Both the position numbers and the translations under genes were made by a program. A stretch of 61,635 bases of DNA, the filler included, from Squatina squatina (taxonomy: Eukaryota), in assembly GCA_031763465.1 (NCBI GenBank). It is 4 parts of 4 records of this genome, joined end to end, with 100 filler letters (N's around TTAATTAATTAA, not from the genome) between each part and the next. Parts side by side here need not be neighbours in the genome. Positions count along the whole stretch, not along the records: positions 19,361 to 33,941 come from JARFOE010000176.1; positions 34,042 to 47,218 come from JARFOE010000051.1; 2 more parts are not named here. The stretch is one strand, 5' to 3'. Positions within the stretch are counted from its first letter, which is position 1, and every line of letters starts with the position of its first letter. The notes under the pieces are model-generated. The model ran no database searches. It was not told the origin of the DNA and saw nothing but the letters and a program-made list of their open reading frames with translations. Shown here in pieces: positions 25,431-37,019 of this stretch.

Positions 25431-26616
25431 TATTCATTTCTCCATCACCATTGTTTAAACTTATATTGAATCTTGTTCGTTCCCCTTGATGTCAAACAAA
25501 TCCCAACCTGCTGCTACAAAAACAAGGCAGCTTGGAGGCACTGGCAAAACCCTTCAGTTCTGTACTTACAAGCTCATGTGTAATTTCTGATTGGCATTCA
25601 AATATGCATGTGATTACTCATCTAAATTTACATGTGGTTCCCCAATACCGCAGAAATCGGAAATTAATGGCATGGTGCTTCATCCTAGGTTCACCGAAGC
25701 ACAATATAGGCCAGTCACTGAGGTGGCTTCTGTGCGCTTCCAAAGTTCAGCACCCATAACGTTTTCTCCATTTCCAGGCTCAGTTAAGTGAATAAGTAAA
25801 TTTTCACCGGATGTGGGTGCTTTTTTTTATCTCCGCTCTGCAGCAAGCTGAAGTTTGCACCAGCACACAGTTTTCTTTACAGCATGTGTGGTTTAGCAGG
25901 TCCACCCCCATGACAAGCTTCTGTGGAAGCCACAGATCTGCATATATTTCCTGTCAGAGGTAAATGGGTCATACTAGTCAACACTGGGTGTAGCAAGAGC
26001 TTCTGCATTTCTGAGAGGTTTGAAAAAAAATACTGTGCAATCTCACTTGGTAAACTCACTGTTCTCATTGCACAAAAGGCAAACAATACCTTCAATCACA
26101 CTTTAGACCTGCCCTGAAAAAAATCAAAATCAGTCAACATATGAGCAGGCTNNNNNNNNNNNNNNNNNNNNNNNNNNNNNNNNNNNNNNNNNNNNNNNNN
26201 NNNNNNNNNNNNNNNNNNNNNNNNNNNNNNNNNNNNNNNNNNNNNNNNNNNTGATACATCTTCTTTGACATTATTTGGATTTCTCAACTTTCAATTACAA
26301 AACATAAAATAGGCTCTTGTATGGCTTCTGTGGAGGAAAGAAATTTTAGAATGCAGTTGTCACAAAAAAACCTTATCTTTTTCAGCCCAAATGTGCTCAG
26401 TATTGGCCCACCATGGATAGGCAGTCCAAGTCCTTTGGTGACTTCACTGTCAGAATTAGTGAGGAGAAGTGGTGCCCAGACTATGTTATTCGGAAACTCC
26501 TCATTTCACACGTAAGTTTGAAGGAGCTCCTTATTTGCTTCTGTTCCTGTCACATTTGCTTTTTGTTATGACCGACTGAAGAGATCACGAACTGATATTT
26601 TCTTGTATTTCTTCAG

Positions 26617-26774
26617 AAGAAGGAAAAAACTCCTGAGAGAGAAGTAACGCACATCCAGTTCATTAGGTGGCCAGACCATGGTGTTCCAGAAGATCCACAT
26701 CTCCTTCTCAAATTGCGTCAGAGAGTCAATGCCTTCAGAAACCTATTTAGTGGTCCAATAATTGTGCACTGCAG
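26617..26774 (+). CDS. PTPRC: CD45 receptor tyrosine phosphatase, D1 catalytic exon
   Basis: [52 protein letters not shown]; acceptor cttcag, donor CAG|gtaatg; WPD loop and start of the HCS motif (not in the supplied ORF track). Confidence 0.93.
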
Positions 26775-27582
26775 GTAATGAGGATTTTTTTTTAAAGGTG
26801 GCATTCTGCAATAGTCTGGAAGTAATTGCTTACTTGTTATCACTCATCTGCTGTCTCAGTAACAGAATTAGCATTGCAGTGGTACTCCCAATCTGGGCAA
26901 ACTATGTTCGAGTAAACAAGCTGACAAAATTATCTTATGTTCTGTCCTACTTTAACAAAATGCAACATAATTAAATGCTCTTGATCTGGAATTCATTGAG
27001 GGTAGTATTTCTGATTTTAAATGTTGTCATCTTTGAAAAGCAACCGGCCAAGGTTTTGTCACTTTTGGTATGTTTTTGTCACACTTCTGTGTCAACTTTT
27101 CCATTAACATGCAAACTGCTTACGTAAGCTTGTAATTACACTGTCCTGCCACTTGTGTGGTTGCAGTGCCTTGAACATGGAACTTCCAGCCTGGCTTTGA
27201 GGAGGAGCTGTCGNNNNNNNNNNNNNNNNNNNNNNNNNNNNNNNNNNNNNNNNNNNNNNNNNNNNNNNNNNNNNNNNNNNNNNNNNNNNNNNNNNNNNNN
27301 NNNNNNNNNNNNNTCACAGATCTCCCCCAGCCCTCCCTTCATGATGAGTCCCTGATCACAGAAGTCCAGTGAAAATTGTGACAAGTGGCCGTGAGCTACT
27401 TCCTCAAGAGCTCATGAGGTAGGGAGAGGAGAAAGTTCAACGGATGTTCCCGTACCAACACCATTGAAATTGGACTGGGAGAAGGTTATTTGTCTCTTGG
27501 CTAGGAAATGATGCTGGGGGTAGAGGAACTTGAGATTGAAAGAGAAAAATAACTATATATTTGATTTGGTCTTCTTTGACAG

Positions 27583-27858
27583 GAGCAGTACCAATTCCTC
27601 TATGACACCATTGCCAGCACTTACCCAGTGCAGAATGGGACATTAATATCTGACAATGGTCCGGCACAGACCACTGTTGACATAATCTCTGAAACCCCTC
27701 TGGAAAACAAATCTCAACAAAAAGCTGCCTCTGACTCTACTGAGAATAAGGAAGAGCCGTCCGCAGAGGATGACGAAGCAAAGTCTGGCAGTAGTAACGA
27801 CAAACAACCAGCAGAGAACCCTATTAACGGACCTATAACTAGTGGTGAAAATGAGTGA
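27583..27858 (+). CDS. PTPRC: CD45 terminal coding exon
   Basis: ttgacag|EQYQFLYDTIASTYPVQNG...acidic tail...NGPITSGENE*. Confidence 0.9.
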   Translation, partial: EQYQFLYDTIASTYPVQNGTLISDNGPAQTTVDIISETPLENKSQQKAASDSTENKEEPSAEDDEAKSGSSNDKQPAENPINGPITSGENE

Positions 27859-30569
27859 AGAAAAGTTGCTATGTGTGAAGTATAGGTACTAACAGATTAG
27901 TATTTGTGTTTGTTAGTGAAACACGAAAGTGTTGTCATTAATTTCATTTTTACTTGTACAAAACTTGGTTTATCACTGGATGCTTTCCAAAAAGAGTTGC
28001 CCATATGCAGACTGTTCAAGAATGGCAATCTACTTGAACGTAAGTATGAATGTATTTCAACAAAAAAAATAGTTTTCTAATTTAAAATTCAATCAAAATG
28101 TTTTTTGGTCTTTCAAAAGAGTAGTAACTCTGGAATTAAAGCACAGAAAACTTTTTTTTTAAAATTNNNNNNNNNNNNNNNNNNNNNNNNNNNNNNNNNN
28201 NNNNNNNNNNNNNNNNNNNNNNNNNNNNNNNNNNNNNNNNNNNNNNNNNNNNNNNNNNNNNNNNNNGATCATTGTTTTTATATAAATATATTTTATTGTG
28301 TGTGTGTGTTAAAAAATTAAATGCCAATTCTGCTTCAGGATGTTTTAGTTTGGCAGTGTTCACGCTGTAAAATGTGATGAAGATGCTATGTCACAACTAT
28401 GTTGAAACTCAACATGAGTATGAAGTATTGGCAGGTTTATTCGGTTTGTAAGTTTTAGCGTTTTATAATGCAGCAATTTTTCACTGTTCTTTGCAAATTA
28501 TTTTTATAGTTGGTTTTTCAAGTTAAAGCTGTGCAGTTGATCTGCTTAAGATATCATGATGTATTTAACTATATGAACTTACTTTACATAAGAAAAATAT
28601 ATTATTAGGGTGGACCAAACTGATTTCTGGTGTACCAGACTCGAAGAATCTAGCAAAGGGTCAGAGGATGGGTTACCTTTTGTAAATTAAATATCACACT
28701 TCACTGACAAACTCTGAAGTCTGATCGCCTGGTGAAGCCTGTCCTTTATATCGCTTGTAAAACAGAACATGGCTTCATAATTAAGTCATGTTTTTAAAAA
28801 AACAGAGACTCTGACTTCAGACGAGGGGTTTGGGGATGTGTGCAATACAGCAGTAGCACCAGAGAGCACCACTGGGGACTTAAATACAATCAGACTCCAT
28901 AGGAAGGATCAGTGATGGAGATGCGAGAAAGATCCAGGGCAGTCTCGTCACGCTTGATTTGCTGAACTCTTGCTGTGATTTGACCTGAGAGGCTAAAGAT
29001 CTCAGAATCTACCGACAACCTGAGTTTCCAATTATCAAAGGAGGGGAAACCACCTTGCCCAATTGGGATGGTCAAGCAATTGCTTGAAAACTGACTTTAA
29101 GATTGGACAGAGACAGTCTATTGCCGAGAGTCAGTCAATGGCAAGTTTGGAATGAACTGCCAACAGGTCTAGGGTTTCATGGCACTTGTCACTTGGTAGT
29201 TTTCAGGCTGTTAGTGGTTGAGGATATGCATATGTGAGGATATGTATATCTTCCTTTGTTGTTCTCTGGTTCATGGATGTTGATCAAGTTGTTCTCGATT
29301 GTACTTTTTAGAGACAGTTTTCTGGATTCATGTTATCCATAAAGTACTGTCAAATGAGAAAGCTTTCCAACTCTCAGTGGGGCTTCTAGGAGTTAGCAAT
29401 CAGACTCGACTCATTGCAGTTCACGTAACATCAGCAACAGCAAGATGTACAGCAAAAATTGATTTGTTTTTCATGTTATAACATGGTCATTGTGTTCACA
29501 GTTGAAGAAAATACATTGCTTCAAACTATGCAGGGATGGTTGCCAGGAATTTGTTTAGTCTGTAAGGTAAAAATTAATTCCAGTATATTTGAGACTCGGC
29601 TTTGTTGCTTTTTAAATTTATGTTGACTGTTTCTTACGACCACTGCAGTCTTTGGACGGACATCGATAGCAGCACACAAACTGCTCGCAAGCATTTTCCT
29701 CCACTACTCATATTAGGCTGGCTAGTTGGGTTTTCATGCTGCACTCCTTTTTTGAGAATCAGAGTCACACTCAGTTCATCCNNNNNNNNNNNNNNNNNNN
29801 NNNNNNNNNNNNNNNNNNNNNNNNNNNNNNNNNNNNNNNNNNNNNNNNNNNNNNNNNNNNNNNNNNNNNNNNNNNNNNNNNTCCCCTTTGTTTATATATA
29901 CTGGATATAAAGTCACAAATAGACCACAGAACAGAAGAGTCTCTGTTCCATTCATAAGAATTTTTGATTCTATACTGAGTGTGTTTGCCAAGATTGGCTT
30001 GTGTTGAAAGGTGCTTAACGTTTGGTCGTTTTTAATTTCTGATTTTCGTCAAGCATAGTTCAAGACGGTACTATTTTCTGAGGTGGTTTACGGACTGTTG
30101 TTCAGGTTTTGTCAGTGGCAATTAAAGTAAAAGGCTGTGGTGAAATCCTGCTGATGGGAACCTCTTACTGTCAAAAAAACGCCTGAAATAATCTGCTTTA
30201 ATAATGTTCTTTTGCTGTGAACTTGCTCAGTATAGCACAAAAATGCTTGAAAACTAGCTCCAGTTTTAACGACGTTTAGTGTGTCATCGTATAGATTAGC
30301 GGACTGAGGCTGCAGTTAAAATAAAAACATTGAATTAAAAGAAAACAGAAGCATCTTCAGGAAAATCAAGAAGTTAGTGCTTGTCAATTCTAGACCATCA
30401 AACAAACACAGTGCTGTTTACATTTGGTTAGCAGGTTGATGACATTCCACTTTCATATTGCCACATAACNNNNNNNNNNNNNNNNNNNNNNNNNNNNNNN
30501 NNNNNNNNNNNNNNNNNNNNNNNNNNNNNNNNNNNNNNNNNNNNNNNNNNNNNNNNNNNNNNNNNNNNN

Positions 30570-31062
30570 CTGGAGAGGGTGCAGAGGAGATTTACAAGGA
30601 TTTTGCCTTGACTGGAGAATTTTAGATATGAGGGAAGATTAGATAGGTTGGGCTTGTTTTCTTTGGAACAGAGGAGGCTGAGGGGAAACCTAATTGAGAT
30701 GTATAAAATTATGGGGGACCGAGACAGAGTGGATAGGAAAGACCTATTCCCCTTAACAGTGGGGTCAATAACCAGGGGGCATAGACTTAGTATAAGAGGC
30801 AGGAGGTTTAGGGGGGATTCGAGGGGAGTTTTTTTCACCCAAAAGCTGGTGGTGGTCTGGAACTTGCTGCCTGGTGGTAGAGGCAAAAACCCTCACAACA
30901 TTTTAAAAAGAACTTGGATATGCTTTTGAAGTGCTGTAACCTACAAGGCTACTGACCAAATGCTGGGAAGTGGGATTAGGCTGGATAGCTCTTTGTCGGC
31001 TGGCGCGGACTTGATGGACTGAATGGCCTCTTTCTGTGCTGTAGATTTCTATGATTCTACGA
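30570..31062 (+). mobile_element. CR1-type LINE 3' end
   Basis: LERVQRRFTR...GLFSLEQRRLRGNLIEMYKIM...; tail 'ttctatgattctacgatt'. Confidence 0.9.
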
Positions 31063-32439
31063 TTTAACCATCTCTTGTTTCCCATTTAGGCACTTTACAG
31101 GTTTTTTGTATTCCTCTCGTGTGTGTGTGTGCGCATGTGTATTCCCTTCCCCTTCCTTTTTAAATGCCGTTGATCAGTAATTATTTTCCAGTTCTGAGGA
31201 GGGGGTCCACACCGAATAGATGAGCTGGACTGTTCTCTTCACAGATGCTGAGTGTTTGCAGCATTTTCTGTTGCACATCTCCTCGATTCTCCTCTTCCCC
31301 CACCCCTTCATTCTAAGTGTGCTCTACTGAGTGACATCCTGTTAGCAAGCGTACCAGTGAAAGGTGCTTGCAGTCAAAGGAAAACAAGTTCCCAGCTCAT
31401 CAATATTCTACCTAGCCTCAATTCTGCAACTAACTCTTGCTTCATTGCGGTTGCAGCTATGTTCCTTTATGCAAAATGATTTTTTTTTTCTGAAAGGCTG
31501 ATTTCAATTATTTGTACATTGAAACTTGCAGAGGCATTGTTGCAGGTTACTGTCTTTTGCAAAAAGACAGCAGCACAGGTGTACTGTTGTGGTTAGTATT
31601 GTTTTTGTTAACCAAACCCGAGTTTGGGCTTTTTAACATGAGTGCTTCTGGGCTTTGTCATTAAAATGGGCTCTTTTGCTTTTGCATTACAGCAGATGCA
31701 GCTTTACGGAGAGGACCAGCTGTCAGCAATGGGCTGGGCGGAGGACTGTAAATTGTCATTGACTCCATTGAACTCTTTTCAATAATGTAATGGAGCGGTA
31801 CTTTCCTCATCATAAAGAGCATATGTCTCCACTTTATTACTGAACGTGTGGACTTCTCTGTGACTCGCTTCAGTTGGCAACAAATGTATATTGATAGTTT
31901 TGAAGGTACTTTTCTTGGAGGAACCGTTTCTTCACCACTTTAATAAAATGTTTCTTCCTTCAATGGGCTAGCCAATTTTTGTAAAGATTCCTTTACCTCT
32001 CATATGCCTCTGTTATACAGAGCTACTCTACCTCCTTCCCTATCTGGTTTGTCCTTCCTGAATACTCTAAAGCCTTGTATGTTAGTTGCCGTAATCCTTA
32101 TTGCATCATCGCTTCCAATTGCCACAAGTTCTGTCATATTGTCACAAATCCAGTATTCATGTATATGCACCTTAATAGATTAAGGTCACACCCCTCAAAG
32201 CATTTTTTTCCCATCTTTCTGCTATTAATTTCCTTTCTTTAGGGCTGACTTGTTCATCTTCCCCTGCCTTGCTAGTTTAATTCCTCCCCCATTGTTCTAT
32301 TTACCCTCTGTGCCAGAACATTGCTACCTGTCACATGTAAAGTGCTATATGTAGAAGGAAAAAGAGATGATCCATGGCAGTGCATTACTGAGGGACTACA
32401 GTATTGTGAGTAGTGCCATCTTTGGGATGAGATGTTTGG

Positions 32440-32872
32440 AGGAGGGAACGATAGCATAGTGGTTATATTACTGGACTAGTAATTCAGAGGCCTGGACTAA
32501 TGATCCAGAGATGTGGATTCAAATCCCATGAAATAAATCTGGAATAAAAAGCAAGTAATGGTGACCATGAAACTATCGGATTGTCGTAAAAACCCATCTG
32601 GTTCACTAATGTCCTTTAGGGAAGGGAAACTTCTGTCCTTACCCAGTCTGGCCTATATGTGACTCCAGACCCACAGCAATGTGGCTGACTCTTAGCTGCC
32701 CTGTGAAATGGCCTAGCAAGCCGCTCAGTTGTTTAAAAAAAACTGCTACAAAAAACAATAGTAAAAATAAAACCAGACGACACCGGCTTTGGACATGACA
32801 TGGCACAGCCAGCCCAGTCGACCCTGTACAGTTTTCCTCACTAACATCTGGGGACTTGTGCCAAAATTGGGA
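32440..32872 (+). mobile_element. tRNA-headed retroposon running into a LINE endonuclease start
   Basis: Head and body match 11453-11830, then FLTNIWGLVPKLG before the gap. Confidence 0.7.
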
Positions 32873-33237
32873 NNNNNNNNNNNNNNNNNNNNNNNNNNNN
32901 NNNNNNNNNNNNNNNNNNNNNNNNNNNNNNNNNNNNNNNNNNNNNNNNNNNNNNNNNNNNNNNNNNNNNNNNGGAATGAGAAAAAAGGCCATTCAGCCCA
33001 CTAAGTCATTCTGGTCCTGTTTTGGAATCTGATCTTTTTCCGTACTGCAGCTTGTATCCTCTCACCTTTTACTGAATGCTAATACTGAGCTTTTGCTTGC
33101 TGCTCTTGTTGGCAGATTGTTACAGAATGTAATGTCTAAATAAAGCTAATTTCTTTGTACAAACCCATCCTTGGATCACTGAGATTGCAGTTCTGCCTTG
33201 TCCAATGTCGATTCTATTGGCACCGTTGCTAAAATCT

Positions 33238-33320
33238 GGGCCACAGTTGCATTCATTGTTCAGCGAGCTTTACCACATAGTTAAACCCACCGACAGCAAT
33301 GAATGTTGATTGTGACCTTT
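33238..33320 (-). ncRNA. MIR181B1: pre-miR-181b-1
   Basis: Reverse complement of 33285-33307 is AACATTCATTGCTGTCGGTGGGT; 3p arm 33247-33267 CTCGCTGAACAATGAATGCAA; flanks AAAGGTCACAATC / CTGTGGCCC. Confidence 0.96.
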
Positions 33321-33444
33321 GCTGGGACTTGTTTTTCGCATTCCCTGAAATTATCTGTAATGATCGTGTTAGCGTCTATCATAACAAATGGGCTTTGGAC
33401 CAATCTACATGGCCTGAACTAGCCCAAAAGCAGGTGGAGAAGGT

Positions 33445-33525
33445 TGGCTGTAAGGTACAATCAACGGTCGATGGTTTCTCCAATAGCATCAAACTCACCG
33501 ACAGCGTTGAATGTTCCCTGAAGCC
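33445..33525 (-). ncRNA. MIR181A1: pre-miR-181a-1
   Basis: Reverse complement of 33493-33515 is AACATTCAACGCTGTCGGTGAGT; 3p arm 33454-33475 ACCATCGACCGTTGATTGTACC; downstream of and opposite to PTPRC as in mammals. Confidence 0.96.
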
Positions 33526-33985
33526 ACCATTAAACGAAATAGAATTTAAAATGGGAAAAATTCTGGATCCAAGACTTTTAGCAAAGATGACGACTTCATT
33601 CTTAGTCTGCGGAGTGCAGTTCCTTTGCAGTTTTCTGACGTAAAGGTGTTTAATCAGTTAACATCTGTAAAAACAGCGAGAAAATCACAGCCAAGAGAAT
33701 GCACAGAACCTCTGTCGATTTCTTCTGCAGTTGAATAACTTGTTTTAGGAATTTTTGAAATCTGTTTTAGTGCAAAAAAATCTCTTGCTATTATAATCTT
33801 TAAAGTGTTAACAATGTCCTTGCAACTGAGAGGAGGCAATGATTGATTGTGTTCACTGAAAGACATTTTTCTCACCCCCCCCCCCCCACACAAAAAATCC
33901 AAGCATTGAGCATGGAAAGTTTGGTAGACAAGGCAATTAACNNNNNNNNNNNNNNNNNNNNNNNNNNNNNNNNNNNNNNNNNNNN

Positions 33986-33997
33986 TTAATTAATTAA
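33986..33997. other. Artificial scaffold linker TTAATTAATTAA
   Basis: Same spacer within an N run. Confidence 0.97.
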
Positions 33998-34059
33998 NNN
34001 NNNNNNNNNNNNNNNNNNNNNNNNNNNNNNNNNNNNNNNNNGCACGGCTGGGCCGGGGT

Positions 34060-34340
34060 GGGACTGTACCGGAGAGCGCGCTGATTGTAGTATGTGTGGG
34101 ACTCTACCGGAGAGCGCGCTGCTTGTCCGGTGTGTGGCAGTGTACCGGAGAGCGCGCTGCCTGTCCTGTCTGTGGGGCAGTGTACCGGACGGAGTACGTG
34201 CTGCTTGTCCTGTGTGGGGGACAGTGTACCGGACGGAGTACGTGCTGCTTGTCCTGTGTGGGGGACAGTGTACCAGAGTGCGCACTGCTTGTCCTGTGTG
34301 TGTTGCGGTGCACTGAAGCGCGTACTGCTTGTCCTGTGTA
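34060..34340 (+). repeat. GC-rich intronic minisatellite, ~7 units of 38-44 bp
   Basis: 'tgtaccgga...gctgcttgtcctgtgtg' with unit starts near 34065, 34103, 34141, 34181, 34225, 34269, 34309. Confidence 0.9.
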
Positions 34341-34384
34341 GATAGGTTCTCTGGTATTGACTCCAGCTCTGTCCTTTGTTTCAG

Positions 34385-34573
34385 TTTCACTCAATGGACA
34401 CATTACATAAAAATAACTATGATGTATCGAAGGCGATATCAGCGTTGGTGCCACAGGGAGGGCCTGTGCTCTGCCGGGATGAGATGGAGGAGTGGTCAGC
34501 CTCAGAAGCCAACCTGTTCGAAGAGGCTCTGGAAAAATACGGAAAGGATTTTAGTGACATTCGACAAGACTTT
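34385..34573 (+). CDS. MTA-family (MTA1-like) NuRD subunit, ELM2-SANT exon
   Basis: [63 protein letters not shown]; tttcag| and |gtgagt, 189 nt. Confidence 0.93.
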
Positions 34574-34749
34574 GTGAGTACAGCCAAAAGTTGTAAACAG
34601 TTGCTATCCATGGAGAGACATTTTTAGTCCGAGTCCTGTAACAGTCGAACCGCATGGGGTTAACTAGGTCCCTCAAAGTCCAGCCTGGATAATATTGTAG
34701 CTCTAAAATCATGGCTGGTGCACTGGATTAAACACTGACCTTCCACACC

Positions 34750-34964
34750 TTGATGGGGCAGTTTAGAGAGAGCTTTACTCTGTATCTAATCCGTGCTGTA
34801 CCTGTCTAGGAAGTGTTTGATGTGGACAGTGCAGAGTGAGCTTTACTCTGTATCTAATCCGTGCTGTACCTGCCCTGGGAGTGTTTGATGTGGACAGTGT
34901 AGAGGGAGCTTTACTCTGTACCTAATTCGTGCTGTATCTGCTGTGGGAATGTTTGATGGAGCAA
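34750..34964 (+). repeat. 68-bp tandem repeat, ~3 units, cut by a gap
   Basis: 'agctttactctgtatctaatccgtgctgtacctg...gtgtttgatgtggacagtg' starting at 34771, 34839, 34907. Confidence 0.9.
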
Positions 34965-35330
34965 NNNNNNNNNNNNNNNNNNNNNNNNNNNNNNNNNNNN
35001 NNNNNNNNNNNNNNNNNNNNNNNNNNNNNNNNNNNNNNNNNNNNNNNNNNNNNNNNNNNNNNNNGATTTAAGCCCAAATGCTTTTGGGTAAAATCCCAGT
35101 GCTTTTTCTTATACTGATAGCTGTAAAAATGAAGCTGCTGCAATGGTAATCTTTTCCTTAGATTCTACTTGAGCTGTGGAGGGAGAGGGTCAGAATGCCT
35201 TGATCTCGTTCCATGTTTTATGTTTGTAATGTAGACTCTACAACTGAAGCACTCACTATATTGCGCAAGCTAACTATAATGTGTGGTTTGTTCAGCATGT
35301 CCTCCAGCTGTGACTGTTTTTATTTTGTAG

Positions 35331-35517
35331 AATCCCCATGGGTACTGGGTGAAGAATGCAAACCCCAAGTTTACACTGAAGACGAGGCAGGCTTTCTGTC
35401 TTCAGACAACAAGACTAACCAAAATTGCACGGTATTTCTGTCAGAACCTGTTCCGCCCGCGGCAGGCAGCTCGGCGTCCCTTTATACCAATCAACAGTGC
35501 AGCTATCAAAGCAGAAT
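35331..35517 (+). CDS. MTA-family exon, first RBBP4-binding (R1) region
   Basis: [62 protein letters not shown](C); ttgtag| and |gtgagt. Confidence 0.9.
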
Positions 35518-35569
35518 GTGAGTCACTGCGGAATTGTAATGGACGATCCCTTCTCTGTAACTTGCACCT

Positions 35570-36335
35570 AACTGATTTCTATTACTCAACTATTCCAGTG
35601 CTCTCCTGGCTGGCCTCCCACCTTCCACCCTTCGTGAACTCATTCAAAACTCTGCGGCCCGAATCCTAATTCGCACCAACTCCCGTTCACCCATCACCCC
35701 CAGGCTTCACCGCCTGATCTCTTGGCTCCTGGCCCGTCAACGCCTCAATTTTAAAATTCTAATCCTTGTGTTCAAATCCCTTCATAGCCTTGTCCCTCCC
35801 TAACTCTCTAACCACCTTCAGCCCTACAATCCTCAGAACTCTGTGTTCCTCCAATTCTGGCATCTTGTGCATCCCTGATTTCCTTCANNNNNNNNNNNNN
35901 NNNNNNNNNNNNNNNNNNNNNNNNNNNNNNNNNNNNNNNNNNNNNNNNNNNNNNNNNNNNNNNNNNNNNNNNNNNNNNNNNNNNNNNTAATCTCCTCCAG
36001 CCCCACAACCCTCCTTGAGATCTCTGCGCTCCTCTAGTTCTGCCCTCTTGAGCATCCCTGATTATAATCGCTCCACCATTGGCGGCCGTGCCTTCTGTTG
36101 CCTAGGCCCTGAGCTCTGGAATTCCCTCCCTAAGCCTCTCCGCCTCTCTCCCTCTCTCTCCTCCTTTAATACCCTCCTTAAAACCTACCTCTTTGACCAG
36201 ACTTTTGGTCACCTGCCCTAATACCTCCTTANNNNNNNNNNAATTTATTGTCTTAAAATACCCCTGTGAAGCACCTTGAGACGTTTTACTGCGTTAAAGG
36301 CGCTATATAAACACAAGTTGTTGTTGTTGTTGTTA
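35570..36335 (+). mobile_element. L2-type LINE 3' fragments (across gaps) with (TTG)n tail
   Basis: GGRAFCCLGPELWNSLPKPLR...LKTYLFDQTF; tail 'aaggcgctatataaacacaagttgttgttg' shared with the Deu-SINE tail. Confidence 0.85.
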
Positions 36336-36868
36336 TTGCGCTCCGCAGAACAGACGATTGATATCAGAATCCAAGAGATGTCACAGAGATTATCACAATT
36401 GATCAGACGCAGGAGCCCAGGCAGCAATGGGCTTGTGATCAGACGCTGGGGAGTGGAAGTACTGTACTTCGAGGATGTTAAACAGATTGTCCGTTCCGCA
36501 AACCTTGTTATANNNNNNNNNNNNNNNNNNNNNNNNNNNNNNNNNNNNNNNNNNNNNNNNNNNNNNNNNNNNNNNNNNNNNNNNNNNNNNNNNNNNNNNN
36601 NNNNNNNNNNNNTGGGGATCCTGCGATGTGGGACGGTGAGTGGGGATCCTGCGCTGTGGGACAGTGAGTGAGGATTTTGTATGTGGAATAAAGGGATGTG
36701 GATACAAACTGGGAAACGGTAAGTTCAGGACTGTTGGGAGGAAAGAGAGTGGAGCCAAAAGCTCTGGACTCTGAGCTCTGTGATCAAAGCCTGACCGACC
36801 TGTTAGTTTGCTTTGGTTAGTATTGTTGTGCCATTCAGATTTAATTTGTGTTGTTTTCTTGAAACTAG

Positions 36869-37019
36869 GAAAGTGCGTAAGATGCTGGGCCCGGTAGATA
36901 TGAAGCGAGCTGCACGCCAGCCCTACAGGCAGATTCTCATCCGGCAAGGACGCGCATCCTCCGCATCGCAGCAGCCCAGGCAGCCCATGAATGAAGAGCC
37001 AATTGTCATCGAGGATTAA
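36869..37019 (+). CDS. MTA-family terminal coding exon
   Basis: (R)KVRKMLGPVDMKRAARQPYRQI...MNEEPIVIED*; MTA1-type KRAARR-like motif and EPIVIED end; candidate AATAAA at 38070. Confidence 0.88.

Noticed and set aside
34060-34340. Regular repeat array as a possible CRISPR or Cys-rich repeat protein
   Set aside because: Units are tandem with no unique spacers, the context is a eukaryotic intron, and the ORFs in several frames are by-products of the repeat.
36349-36512. Open frame EQTIDIRIQEMSQRL... between MTA exons
   Set aside because: No resemblance to MTA proteins, the acceptor comes from an L2 tail, and it is cut by a gap.
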